A DNA stretch of 64,000 nucleotides from NCBI RefSeq assembly GCF_009914755.1, contig NC_060929.1. One strand, given 5' to 3'. Origin of the DNA: the human T2T-CHM13v2.0 reference genome, Homo sapiens. Positions 13,696 through 28,140 of the stretch are shown here, one piece after another; position 1 is the stretch's first letter; every line of letters starts with the position of its first letter. Under the pieces are notes generated by a model that was given only the letters and a program-made list of their open reading frames with translations, did not search any database and was not told where the DNA came from. Made by a program: the position numbers and the translations under genes.

Positions 13696-14344
13696 TCATG
13701 TAGTAAGGCTTTTCAAATGAAACGTCCAGCCTCACGAAGAAATGCCTTCTATAAGGGGCTGACACTGAGTCTTCTCAAAAGGCATATGCATTCAGTTTAC
13801 AAAATCAGAATATGTAATATACCTCATACTTTTCAGTTCTTTCATGTCTTTTCTTACGTCTGGTTCTCCCAATTCCCTGACAGTGCTAGATGCTAAGTAG
13901 GCAAATTTCATGACGTAGGGCAAAAATCACGATCCCTATATGATAGATGATGAAATGGAGGCCAAAAGGGGAGAATTAACCCACTTGAGATCGGTCAGTT
14001 TGTGAAGGAGCCATGCACCGCACTTCCCAGTGGTGTAGATAAGGGAAAGGAAATATTTGGACGGTGGCGCCCTTCTTACATGGCCTCCATAGCCCTCCTC
14101 TCCCTTTGGGTACCATGATGCTTTTCAGCTCACATTGGTACATTGGTAGCTGCAGGGAGAGGCTTCAACATATTTATCAGCGAAAACATCAGCATCCAGG
14201 CCCCCATCTCCATTCTCAGTGTCCTCGTCCATCCCACCCCTGCACGCTCTCTCCTTTATCATAACTTGCATGACCTGGACCATCCAGGCATGCTGTGAGC
14301 ATGGCCCTCCCTTCCTGTGCTAGTGGGAGTTTTCTCCACCACAA

Positions 14345-14545
14345 GCAGTTTTAGCACAGGCTTGGAGTCAGAAGGACGTGGGTTCACATTGTGACTCCTT
14401 TATTATGAATGTGACCATGGGTGAGTGACCACCTCTCTACTGCTTAGATTCCTCACCTATAAAATGGGGGTCATAACAACAAAGACCTTGCAGGGCCTTT
14501 GCACATTAATGAGATACATATATAAAAAGCCTTTAGTGTGGGTTT
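14345..14545 (+). mobile_element. MIR SINE
   Basis: 'agcacaggcttggagtcagaaggacgtgggttcaca...ttcctcacctataaaatgggg'. Confidence 0.8.
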
Positions 14546-14582
14546 AACTCATGATATACACATTGTTTACAAAGGCTAATAT

Positions 14583-14788
<206 letters not shown>

Positions 14789-15064
14789 TCACTAAGCTGT
14801 AGCTCTCTCTGTTGATCTGATTCCTATCCATCCTTCAACAGCTACTTCAAATCCCACCTTCCCCTTAACCTGGAATCCTGACAACTCTAGTTCTCTCTCC
14901 CTCTTTACTCTGGATTCCACTGCTTTTGATGTCAGAGTCACTCCCTGCTTTGCATTCTTCCTTTATGTTCACCAAGTTAATCTCTCCCACATATTCACAA
15001 TGACCTATTTCTCCCACCCAGACTATCTATGTGGTCCTATTTTTCTATTCACGCTAATCTCTCT

Positions 15065-15300
15065 AGCAGTATAGCCTAGTGGTCCAGACCATGAGCTTTA
15101 GGGCCAGCCAATCCTGGTTTCAAATCCTAGCTCTTTGCTGTGTCACCTTAAAAATGTACTTAACCTCTGAGTGTCAGTTTCCTCATCTGTAAAATGGTGA
15201 TGATTCCTGCCTGTCAGGGTTGTTAAGCACACTATAGGAGATACTACATGCAAACTGCTAAGCGTATTTATCACATGCACACAGTAAAGCTCTACCCTTG
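15065..15300 (+). mobile_element. MIR SINE, near full length
   Basis: 'acttaacctctgagtgtcagtttcctcatctgtaaaatgg' with the tRNA-derived 5' region. Confidence 0.85.
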
Positions 15301-15431
15301 GTAACATAATGATAGTCTTAGCCACACAAGCATCTAGCTCACTGCCTCGTACCCTATAGGAACCGAATTGATTTAAACCCAGAGGCATTTAGTCCTCTGT
15401 GGTTACCTGTACTTTCCCACATTCCCACTCA

Positions 15432-15450
15432 TGGCCACAAGGTGGCAGCC
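15432..15450 (+). promoter_or_regulatory. Candidate CTCF binding motif
   Basis: tggccacaaggtggcagcc; one mismatch to the core CCASYAGRKGGCRS. Confidence 0.45.
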
Positions 15451-15830
15451 CACCCATTATGGAGGAAGCTTTTATTTCCAGAACGGGAAAGAACGAAATG
15501 ATTTCTTATGGAATATATAGATGACTTCTTTTTCGGTGTTAGGTAGGTGGGGGGACTGAATATCCTCATAGGCCCCTGGTTCCATTTTCTGTGAGTGCAC
15601 TACCTGTACACATGGGACCACTGTGTCACAGCTGAAGCAGATCAAACAAGTCAACTGCACATTAAGGTGTTCTCTTCTAGGGAATGTGGCTGGCACCTGT
15701 CTCCCCCTTTCTTTCAGCCACACTCCATCAGAAAGCCTGCGGGGTTTAGAAACCTCCCTAGGCTGGGCTTCGCCATCCTGCACCTGTATTAAGGTGTCAG
15801 GGAGTCTGGTGAATGGACCATATGTGCACC

Positions 15831-15934
15831 TATGGTGACCATTTTGTCTGAGACTTTCTGGGTTTTAAAACGGGAAGCCCTGTGTCCTGGAAAATCCTTC
15901 CGTGCTAGGCAAACACAGATGGTTGCTCGCTCTA
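15831..15934 (+). mobile_element. MER81-like hAT-Blackjack MITE
   Basis: Decayed terminal inverted repeats (TIRs) tatggtgacc / ggttgctcgctcta; interior follows recalled MER81 consensus. Confidence 0.7.
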
Positions 15935-17439
15935 GGGCATCTCTGCTACATCTCCACTGTAACTCCATAGATATGGTTTCCCTTTTTTTCCCATGGAAAA
16001 AGAAATTGTGGACATGCAATTTCCCAAAGTCCTACAATTCCATAATTTTATATTTGGAAGGGAACACAGACAACACTCAGATCCTGCATGATGGGGAGAG
16101 TAGAATGGTCTTGCCCAGGTCACATGGCTGGGCTGGCAGGGAAGGACCCAGATCCTTGAGTCTAACTCTCAGCTCTTTCCAAGGGCTCCCGACCACTTGG
16201 AGCTGCAGGGTATAGAAGGAGGGTGTGTGGCTTCCTGGACGTTCCCTCAAAAGAGCTTCTGGGAAATAGCAAAACAGGGCAGAACTCAGGAAGACTGCGA
16301 GATCTAACTTAAAGCAAACTTCCAACCAAATACTTAGGGATGCAATTAACATGCATACGTTATATAAAAGGGTGAATGGGTGGGATTTAAATTTCACCTG
16401 GATGGAAAATCTTCACGGATCTCACTTTGGCACACTGGAGGAGAATCAACTAGGAGACCCCCCCCCAGGGGCAGGCAGCACTAGAATTGAGCCTCGAAAG
16501 CCTTCCTGGGTTTTGCCTCCAGAGAAAAGAATCAGCATCTCTCTCCTGGGATCTCCTTGGCACACCACTCTCCCCATCTCAGCCAGGCCAGCATTTGTCC
16601 TCACTGTTCACTGCAGAAAGTGAAAGTTTCTGGATGTACTTTCATTAACAAATCCTGCTAAAGCAAACTCCTGCTCTCAATGTTATTGGACATTTACATC
16701 TTCAGTCTCAACCATGGCACTAAATTAATTTGCCTCAGAGACACACCACTGAATTCAAGTATTTTATTAGAAAGCTACACCAAATACAGGAGCCTTGCAG
16801 AACAGAACAGAAAGAATGCCTCTTTTGCAAAGACATGAAAAGCAGGCAAATCCATACAAGACGGAATATGGTAAGCATACATCCTTAGGAAATGATCTTT
16901 TGTTTTGTTTTCGGTTAGGAATTCCCACAAAACAAAATTCTTATTAGTAACAAAAAGTTTAAAAAGTTGGTTTCCAAAACAAACTTGACAGGGAAGGAAA
17001 GCACCTATGAGAGGAAGGAACCACCCAAGTGATTCTTCTACAAAATAGAAGATGAGCTGCAAACTTAGGCACAGCCACCTGAAATGAATTTGCTGAAAAC
17101 ACAGCAGGAGACTTGCAGCAAACTTTCAGGTGGGATTTGCCACACTTGTCTCGCTCTTTGGGGTAAGGAGGAGAGCCCGAGCAGAGGGAGAATGTGAGGT
17201 GACAAGTTCCAGCTAACATCTCTGCATCTAATGTAATTCTGAAAGTTCTAAAGCGCGAACTAGTTGTATCCTAAAAGAGTGAGGCAAATCTGAGTGGTAA
17301 CCAACATCCACCAGAATGGAAAATGCAGGCACAAACTAGTGCAAAGCAGGGCAAAGACCCAGGAAAGTAATTGGTAGTCACTGTTCCCATAGCCACCCTA
17401 AAACGAGAAGATCAGAGAGAATGAACAAGAAACGTAGAA

Positions 17440-17602
17440 AATCAGCTCAGAGATCTGGATTTTCACCCCAATGATGCCAGAAACCAGGATGGGACCTGAA
17501 CAAGTTATTCACCCATCTGAAGTTTCATTTCCGTTTTCTGCAAAGTGAAGGGGCCAGGTTGAATGTCCCCTGAGGTCCCTTTTATCTCTAACAGTTCTGT
17601 GA
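17440..17602 (+). mobile_element. MIR3/MIRc-like SINE
   Basis: 'aacaagttattcacccatctga...ctgaggtcccttttatctctaacagttctgtga'. Confidence 0.65.
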
Positions 17603-18279
17603 ATAAATATGTAGTTGGCACATTATAGTCAAGAGGTTAAGCTGAGTAAACAAGAAAGTCCAGGTTCAGCCATCAAAGTTCCACGGCCGCCTATCCTGCT
17701 ATTCATGTGGGTTCAGGACAGGGCCCTCTTCTCAGGCCAAGCTGGCAGATTCCTAGTTCCATTCCCCTGAAGATGTGAGAGAGGATGGGATTGTCTAATG
17801 AACTCACTACAGTCCAACTGAGGCAAGATTTCTACATCAGGGTCCATCAGGATGTCCATCTTGCACCCTTGGCAATTGCAGCCTTGCAAAGCATAGCCAC
17901 GAGCCACCTTCTCTTCCCACAATCTCTCCTCTCTTCCCTGCATCCCCAGTCAACAAAGGAGAGAGTCACAGAGAAGGGTGAGGGTGGGACAGGGTAAGAA
18001 ACTCCAGCCCCAGCTCTAAAACCTTTACAGAAAGCCTTTGTTTGAATGCTAAACGTTTGTTTGTTTGAAGTGATTCAGATCCCGTGAGATCTTCTCAATT
18101 CTATTTCACTTTCACATGGCGGGCTTCACCTCTCACTCTACCTTTCATGACCACCTCACAGCCTTAAAAGCATTCTCTCAAACTTGATGAGAATAAAAAA
18201 ATTTAAAACAATTATCTCCCTGCCCCAGCCCAGTGTCAAAACAGCATCATTCTAAAGGGAGAGTGAAGGGGACCCAGAG

Positions 18280-18401
18280 AGGTTATTTATTTTTGTCCTG
18301 TAAATAGAATTATAGGTTGAATAGAGCCTCTACATCAGCCAGGGGTCTTCAAACTCTTTTTAAAAGCAGGGGAACCTTCTGTCGAATGGAGTTGTGTGCA
18401 G
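18280..18401 (+). repeat. 122-bp dispersed direct duplicate of 20141-20262
   Basis: Ungapped hand alignment, 8 mismatches in 122 bp. Confidence 0.95.
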
Positions 18402-18574
18402 GTACAGGGACCTCAGGCAGGTCCTGTCCCTCTTGGGTGGGTTAGTAATGTCCCTCAGCTGACTGCTGGGTCAGTCTGCAAGAACACGCTCCAGGGAGGT
18501 CTTAGAGAAAAACAAAACCCAATAACATTATGTTGTCCTTGGAGAATGCCACACGACAGCTGCCACGAGTAACA

Positions 18575-18760
18575 GCAGCTATCATTTATTGCCTGTTTGC
18601 CAAGTGCCAGACCCTGCACTAAGTACTTGTTTGCATTTGCTGCTTTCATTGGGCCACTGTCACCTTGTGGGATGGGAATGGTCATCTTCATTCTGTGAAG
18701 GGGGAAAGTGAAGGTCAGAAAGGTAAAGGAATTTATCTGACATCACACAGCTAGCAACTG
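18575..18760 (-). mobile_element. MIR SINE
   Basis: 'catttattgcc...gtgccagaccctgcactaagtactt...catcacacagctagcaactggca'. Confidence 0.75.
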
Positions 18761-18844
18761 GCACCGCTGGGAGGTGCTCTTATTAGATACTATACTAGAA
18801 GCACTTGCTTCCCATCAAGAATATCTAACTATAGTAACTCATAA

Positions 18845-19060
18845 TAGCTAATGTTTTGGGGAGTGGTTATGATGTGCCAAGGACTCTGAACTGGGGGGTT
18901 TCATAAAGATTGTCTCTTTTTTTGTCCTTCCAAAAACCTTATCAAGCAAATTGTAGTTGTAATCCCATTTTTGAGCTAAGAACACTGAGGCTCAGAGGCC
19001 TCCAAAGGAGGAAGTGGTAGGAATAGAGTCTGAATTGCTCCAAGGCCTCAGCTCTCACCA
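18845..19060 (-). mobile_element. MIR SINE
   Basis: 'aatcccatttttgagctaagaacactgagggctcagagg'. Confidence 0.65.
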
Positions 19061-20200
19061 GCATGGGGCAGTCACCTGCCTGGCTGGGAAGCAGGTGGAG
19101 AGCCTACAGCCCCAGGCTTGGGAGGGGACACGGGAGCCCCAGGTGCTGTGTGGGCCACAGCCCTCTAGAAGCTGGGCTGAGTCACAGGCATCACAAACAG
19201 TGGCTTCCCATGTTGGCCTCCCCACTGCCCCCACCACCCCCAGCAGCAAACCTGTAGGCAGGAGTGGGGAAATGCCAGCCTGGGGAATGCAGTGCCCTGG
19301 GGATCTATCAGGGAGGACGAGGGAAAGCCTCCCCCTTCTCTCAGAGGTTTTGCTCAGGATCCCCAGGAAAATTCTTTCAGTCATTCTGGCTGGCAATTGT
19401 TTTCAAAGGCCTACCCCAGAGACTGGAGAGGAGAAAGTGCCTGTCTCAGAATGGCCACCCTGGCTTGTCCATTACCATACAGAAAAACAGCCCAGACTCC
19501 ACATTCGCCTCTAACCCACACATTTCCCTCTTGACGCCCAATTCCCATCAGTCTCTGACCCAGGAGCCTGGGGTGGGGAGCTGGGGTGGGGGCAACGGCA
19601 GACCCTTTCAGGGCCGGAGAGGCCCCCTGACTGGCAGGCACTGATTTTTTAATTTAAAAAGCAAAGTAAACAGCAATATAAAAGGGCCCATATAAGAACT
19701 CAGTGTGTAAGTGGGACCTGCCTCAGGCAAATTTTTCTAATTTTCCTGAAAACAAGCATTTTTACCCTTTGGCCCAAAGCCATTGCCTTTGCCATTGGAC
19801 TTGGCCCCTGCCCCACCCCCTCTCCTGAGCCACCCTTCTGTGTTTGAGAAGCTGCCCCTGGCAGAAAAGAGAATGACCTCCTGCGTTTTAGTCAGACACT
19901 TCATACGGGCTGGTGAAGGTTTTTTGAGGTTGCTCACGCTCCCAGCCAAGGAGTCTGTGGAAATCCTTCAAAAAGTACAAGGCAGCCTTATGAATGGGGA
20001 GTGAGGAGCTTAATGACAGACGCAAGGACCCTCAACTACATCTGAAGGAGGAGAAAGAATTATGATGACCGAATCCTGTAGAATTCTGCTGAGGTTTACT
20101 TTTACTTTATGCGAGGGCTAATTAAGCTGGATTTATAAATAGGTTATTTATTTTTGTCTTGTAAATAGAATTATAGATTGAATAGAGCCTCTACCTCGGC

Positions 20201-20438
20201 CAAGGGTCTTCAAACTCTTTTTTAAAGCAGGGGAACCTTCTGTTGAATGGAGCTGTGTGCAGAACCACAGCATAAAAATGGAAGCAAAAGTTCTCTGGTC
20301 AGGTTGGAAAGGAAGGCCTGGGGTCCTGCTCAGGCCTGGAGGGCACCCATTTCCAGCGGCCATCTGTCCCCCTGCCCCAGTCCCTGATGTGTTCTGTGGA
20401 ACCTCAGGGTTCCAAGGGACAGAGTCTGAAAGACATTG
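20201..20438. mobile_element. Non-autonomous hAT-Charlie DNA transposon (subfamily not resolved)
   Basis: Decayed TIRs caagggtcttcaaact / agtctgaaagacattg; internal 'ggaacctcagggttcc' palindrome. Confidence 0.65.
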
Positions 20439-22221
20439 CTCTAAATGAATCTGTGCTGCATGGAATGTATTTTCCAGTCGCTGCCTCCAGGATTACTGAA
20501 CATGGAGGGGGCGCTGTGGTCTCAAATCCCAGGTGCATTAGCATTTCCGTTTTCATGTAGGTTGACACAGTGTTCCCTTGTACTAGAAAATGCCAGTGGG
20601 TGTTAGCAAAGGCCCTTTACACGCAGAACAATGAGCCCAGAGCGAGGCGCAAGCTTCAAAGCCGTCTCTTCACTGGAAAGGGTGACGCGGCGCAAGATTT
20701 ACCCCTGAACCTCTCTGGGAGTGTGAGCTTCATGGGCCTCAGTAGGTAGGTGTTTGGGTCGGCTCTTTTCAGTTCCGAAATGAAAATATCCTATGGGCTT
20801 ATCGGAAGCCTCAGGTCTGACATTTAGAGGTGTGTCTTCCTTCCCAAACTGAAAACACACATTTCCTCTCCTTCTCCTAAGAGACTGAGGAATCCCGAGA
20901 TGTCAGCCAAGCGCAGAATAGCCAGGTGCTCGAGGCGCTGCTGACAGGCTGCTGTGAGGGTCAGGGCTCTGCACTCTCAGGGGGGCTCCGGGTCCGGAGG
21001 AGAGCACCCACATGTCAGGCTTCACTTGTCCAGGCCATGCCCATGGCACCCCGCCTACAGGATCTGACGCCTGGCTTTTTCAGAGACTCCCTCTGTCATC
21101 TCTCAGAAGCAGGCAGGACAGATGGAGACCCACTACACAGATGTGGACAACAAGGTATTAGGAAGTGAAAGGCCAGACAAAATCCCCCATGGGGGTCAAC
21201 CTCTCTCTGTGGGCTCAATGTGCTCCCACAGCCTGCTCTGAAGGCCCTTTTGTCTTAGAAGGATTTTCCATCCTAAGTAACTACAGGATTCTTCTCTCTC
21301 CTAACAAGATTTATGGAAAGAGTTTCTGTTTTCTCATATACTTTCTAAGTACACAGGAAAAAAAAAAAAAACTCCTGACTAAATGATGATAGGCAGAAAA
21401 GAAACAAGACACAAAGTGAAGACGGGCACAGAAATCTATCACCTTGTTCCTGGTCAGGGGCCACCTTCTCTTCCCCACTGAGTAAATGGTAGAGCCACGT
21501 GATCAAAATCATCCCGCTTTTTCCCCATTCTGGGGAAAGCCCTTGGGTTTCTCTTGATGTTATAACATAATACAAACAAAACAAAGGCAAAACACAGAAT
21601 TTACAGAATGTCAGTTTCTCACAGCAGCTGACTGAGGGCTTCTAGAGTCAGTGGGAATTGCAGGATGCCCAGGATGGGTATGAGGGATGCAGACAAGACA
21701 TCGGGAGCCAGGGTTCCAGCTGCAACCTTGCCCCTGATTGGCTCATTGTGTGGCTGTAGGAGGAGACGGTGGAGAAGAAAAAGACTTTACCAGGCTGTCT
21801 GCAGACACCCTTGTCCTAGAGGCCCTGGAGTGGGACAGCTGGGTGGCTCCTCGGAAGACTCCACAACCCCTTGGTAAGAGTCATGACCCTAAAGAAAAAC
21901 AAGGTGAATGGAATCCTCAGTGCTGGGATAGGGGAGGAGCCTCTGCTGCTGGAGCTGGTGAAGAGCCTCTCTCAGGGCTTTCTGGGGTTTACTGAGAATC
22001 AAAGGCATCCTCTGGAATCCTACAGAAAACCAGCCCTAAGGTTGACATTGTCCTATACATTTATTTTCCACACTTTTCCTACCTGGAACTTGCTCATACC
22101 CCATAAAGGCGAAAGGTACCATCCCAGAATTTAGTTATCTGTCCATCTCAATCCCCTCTTACTCCCAACCAAATTATCTGTTTTCACACCCACATAAATC
22201 CCATCTTACCTCCAAGGCTAA

Positions 22222-22624
<403 letters not shown>

Positions 22625-25600
22625 CTGGCATTCTATTTTGCATGTCTTGTCTCCTATAATGCTTACAACAAGCCTATGAAGTTAGGAGCTATTATTATGC
22701 CTATTTTTCCATAAGGAAACTGAGGCACAGTGAAATCTGGTGTCTTGCCTAAGATCACACAATCAGTAGGGGATATAGGCAGGGCTCATACCAGGTGATC
22801 TTACTTAAGAGTCCCATCTTCTGTACGTCACTCAACCACAGCACGCATATTGCACCTTCAGATCTCCACTGTGCAACCAGCAAATTGACCCAGTGTGAGA
22901 GCAAACAAAGCCTTCCTATACTCACAGCAGAAGAATGTTCACAAAGGAGCTGTTTAAGGCTGGTCTACAAAGGGGGTAGTGTGGAGTAGAACAGGGAAGA
23001 ATTAGCCACTTAGATCATCCAACAGGATGGACATGCCAAAAGTCACTTTGATTCTGCCACCAAATTAAGAACATGATTTTAATAAACGATTACATTTAGT
23101 ATCTATTCCTCATTGTAATACCTTAGTCATGCTTGCACAAGCTAATTCTAAATCTAGTTTGTCTTCCCCAGGTACTCAATGATTAAGTGATGAAAGAAAG
23201 TGCTTTTAATTGTGTTCGTTGGTATGAGGGGAAAAACCCAAAACCTTGGGTAATCTACTGTCAGAAAACTGAGAATCATCAGTATCAAGAAGGTTCTTCT
23301 CCTGAAAGGAGCCCCTTGACACATTTGCAAAATAAACGGTTTTCATTGGTCAGACGAAAACAGTTTCCAAGGATTGGGAACTTGTGGTCTCCGATGGCAG
23401 CTTCCCCTGCTCCCTCTGCTTCCCTGTCTCCTTTCTGGCGTAATTGCTCACCTGGCAAACCAGCACCAAGCTGGGACCCCAACCCTGCACACAGCCCAAC
23501 TCCTCAGTGGCAAGGCCAGCAGCCTTGGACATCTGGGCCTCTGTTCTCATACAAAGCTTCAGCACCATGTTTGATTTCCCTGAGAAGGTTGGCAATTGTG
23601 GCCAATTCCCAAAGCACTGGTATTCTTTCTGGTTCCTCTTGACCAACCGTGAGTAACCCCATCACCCTCCCACCCCAGGACATTCAGTTGGTGACCATCT
23701 ATAGAGACATCTGACACTGAGATCAATGATATCCACCATAGCACTTAGCACGGGGCCAGGCACAGGGCAGGAGCTCCACAAAGCTCAGTGTGGCTGGTGG
23801 CAGCTGGGACAGGGAAGGGTGTGGGGAGACTTCTGTTGCTGGGAGAAGCTCTTTTCTTGAAGGGAGGCCTTTGCCCTTTCAGAGGGAGAACAAACAGAGA
23901 GGCATTAAGTCTGCAAGCACAGCCCTCGCAAAGCCTGACCTGCAGGCCTCCTCCCGAGAGACACATGATTTACCTAGGCTGAAGTCAACAGAGGGACATC
24001 TGAGCTCCAACTATCCTTTCCCATTTCACACCAGGGTGACATTAAATGGTTCCATTTTCAGTGGATGGGGGAAGGGAAGAGGGGAAAATGGAGCTAAAGT
24101 TTCATTTTTAATGAACATCAATAAAATATTCTTCCCTAGGTACACTGTCCCCCTGCCCCAAACCTATGCAAAAGAAATAGTCTACTTCTTCCAGTGACTT
24201 TGGGCTTGTTTGCATATATCTGGGGCTTTGGATATAACGTCAAGCGCTTCGTGATGCCACAGTAAATTCAGAAACACGTAAGAAGCTATTGATTTCGATC
24301 CCCAACAACTCTTGGCTTGTAGACATTTCACTGATGAATGTTACAGCAGCGGATTTTTTAGTGGCCCTTCATACATGGTCATGTCCCTCTGGGCTGGCCA
24401 GTGACTTGGCATCAGGTCATCCATCCAATCCCCATGTGAGGTGATAGGAAGTGGTGCTCCTGACGGTGAGGGGCCCCAGCTACCAATATTTTTACGGCTT
24501 CCGCTGGGATGCAAAAGCAAGTGAGTCTCAGGCCTGTCTCAGGAGGTGGGTGGCCTGAGCCGGGTGGAGTGGAGGAGTGATGTGCGGGAGAATGTGGCTC
24601 ATGGTCTATTTACATTCAGGATCCTTTCAGCTTCTGCAGGACCATCTTGACTGCTGCAGGTCTCTGTGAGTGGGTCATCCTCACAGCTGTCAGGCCGGGT
24701 TAGTGCACTCTCAAGAAATCATGATGAAAGGGAGGGATCAACCGCCTCATTGATCAATAATCCTGTCTCCTGTGGCCCTCAGTTTTATGCCTGGTGCACT
24801 AGGGGACTGTGACGCATCGCGTGCCCCTTCTCTAAGAGCGACACCTGTACCTTCCCAGACACAGGGTCTGGAAGCTGGTCTCCTGAGAGGTCACACTGGG
24901 ACCTGGGAAAAGCTGGGCTCAGAGGCTCCCTGGGGATTTGGAGGGTTGGGAAGGGGCAAACACTTCGACTGAGAATTTGTGTCAAATTTGAGCTCTGTTG
25001 TTTTTCCTACCCCATCCCCCCACTTTAGAGGGAGAGACTGCAATTACTTTTCTGTACCCCCTGGAAAGAGGATTTGGGGTTCTGGGTTTGTGGAATCAAG
25101 TCCTATTGTGAAAGAATAGAATTAACTGAAAGAGGGAGGGTCTTCTCCAAAACTAGAAAGGGATGGGGGTAGAGGGAGGTATGCGTGGGGCCCAAGGATT
25201 TGGGAGAGGCAAAAGACCCCACAGAGTCATGGCCGCGTGGCTTTCTAGAAGCCTTGCCCCAAATTCCCTTTCTCATCCAAGCCCAGAAATGCAGAGCTGC
25301 TGCATGCAGGAGACCTCAGTGGGCCTGGGTGATCTGGGACTGCTGATGACCATCCTTTGTTTCCGGTCACCATGCAAACTCCTAACTCTGCTGGGAGGGG
25401 TCCTGGAAGGGAAACAGGAGAGAAGACCTAGGTAGCAACTGGCACGGCATTTCCAACCAGCCTATGACATGGGGATTCAAGTGTCAACATCAGGTTCAAA
25501 GGAGTGGTATTTCTGGCACACCTGAGTTTGTCCTTGGCACTTCACATCCACCGCAACCCTTGCATGGCTTTATCTGTAGTGTCTATAAAGAGATCAGGGC

Positions 25601-26106
25601 TCCATTCTTCATGTGATAACCTTTCCCAGAATTTGAGGCCAAGCTCTCTCTCTCTACCCGCCCCATGCCCTCTCTCTCCCTCCATCTCTCCCCTTCCCTC
25701 CCTCTCTCTCCTCTGTTCATATTCAAAGCCAGGTGGAAGCTCTCAATAATAAACTGTGGGAGTCACTTGGGACACAGGGATGGCTGCTGATCTCACAGAG
25801 TTACAAGAAAGAAAGTCATCCAGATTGGCTCTAGAATAAAATGCCACCAGAAAATGTATTTGAAGAATGAAATACTTTGTCATGGCTTAAAACACATGAA
25901 ACACATCTGTTTCATCCCTTCCTTGTTTCTTTTCAGCTATAGAAAGGACAACCAGCACCACCTCCAAAATGCCTCCAAAGGGTCTGCCTTGTATGCAAGG
26001 TTGTAGGTATTTTAGTTAAACATCCAATTAAGGTTACTCTTCTAGTTATAATGTTTTGATGCCACCCCATGTACTAGTAAACTTTGAAGGTTAGAACTAA
26101 GAAATG

Positions 26107-26884
<778 letters not shown>

Positions 26885-26919
26885 TTTAGGAGGTAATGAA
26901 TGAACTTCCAAGTATGAGA

Positions 26920-27150
26920 GCCTCTGGTAATGGGTTCAAGACCTCTGGCTCTGGAGTGGGATACAGTCAGGTTTCAATCCCAGATCTGCAGGCATGGATC
27001 TGCAGCAGTTCATCTTGTGCTGCTGGCTTTACCTCTCTTAATTTGGTTTTCTGATTGGATAAACAGTAATAATTACCCCCATCCCATAAGGTTGTTGGAT
27101 CAAATAAAACAGCACAGCTACATAGAGCCTTGTGTGGGTATTTTGGGGTG
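26920..27150 (+). mobile_element. MIR SINE (degenerate)
   Basis: 'ggctctggagtgggatacagtcaggtttcaatcccaga...cataaggttgttggat'. Confidence 0.6.
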
Positions 27151-27710
27151 CTGAGTGATAACTAATCATATCCCCATCCCCTTCCAATTCCAGACCCATG
27201 TGAAGCAGGCAGATGGAGACCAGAACATGGGCTCCATTGCTGATGAACTCCTCTGAAGGACTCAGGGATCTGGTCCCCACTCACATTGGCTTCCTAGTGC
27301 TGCCTCCCACAAACTTTGGACAGTGTCCCTATAGGGTGAGAGGGTGAAGGTCTGCAGAGGAGGCACACAGCCCAAGTCCCTGCCTCACACTGTCAAAGCC
27401 GAGGAATGTGGACAGAGGATATGCAGCCACGGGACTCACAAAGGCAGCCCTGGCTTCACCATGGAGGGCCGGCCCTGGGGCTGCAGGTACAGAGTGGACG
27501 CCCACCTGGGAGCTTTTGCACGGGAAGACCCATGCAAAAGTGGACCTGCTGGACTGCTCAGTCATTCCTCTTGAGCTCGATGGCCTTGTGGCTCATGGCT
27601 TGGAGTAGGGAGATGACCCAAAGACCCTTCATGATTTTTTCCACTTGGGGTCTGGGTATCCCCATCCTTCTTAGGAAATAGCAGAAGTAAAGTAATGCCT
27701 ATCACTTGCT

Positions 27711-27788
27711 AAAATCAGTGCTCAACAAATACTGCGATCATTATTGACGACAAAAAATCAGTGCTCAACAAATGCTGCGATCATTATT
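27711..27788 (+). repeat. Near-tandem 35-bp duplication (period 43)
   Basis: aaaatcagtgctcaacaaat(a/g)ctgcgatcattatt at 27711-27745 and 27754-27788. Confidence 0.95.
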
Positions 27789-27789
27789 A

Positions 27790-28140
<351 letters not shown>

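Noticed and set aside
20501-20516. CTCF site at catggagggggcgctg (similar word near 31545)
   Set aside because: Only the 3' half matches; the CCASY part is largely absent.
24195-24530. Possible exons on either strand (plus-strand acceptor near 24194; minus-strand acceptor near 24505)
   Set aside because: All frames close quickly and no convincing donor pairs with either acceptor.
27285-27669. Minus-strand exon or small ORF MGIPRPQVEKIMKGLWVISLLQAMSHKAIELKRND
   Set aside because: Protein-like at a glance, but I cannot assign it to any family. The acceptor is a weak AAG and there is no other support.
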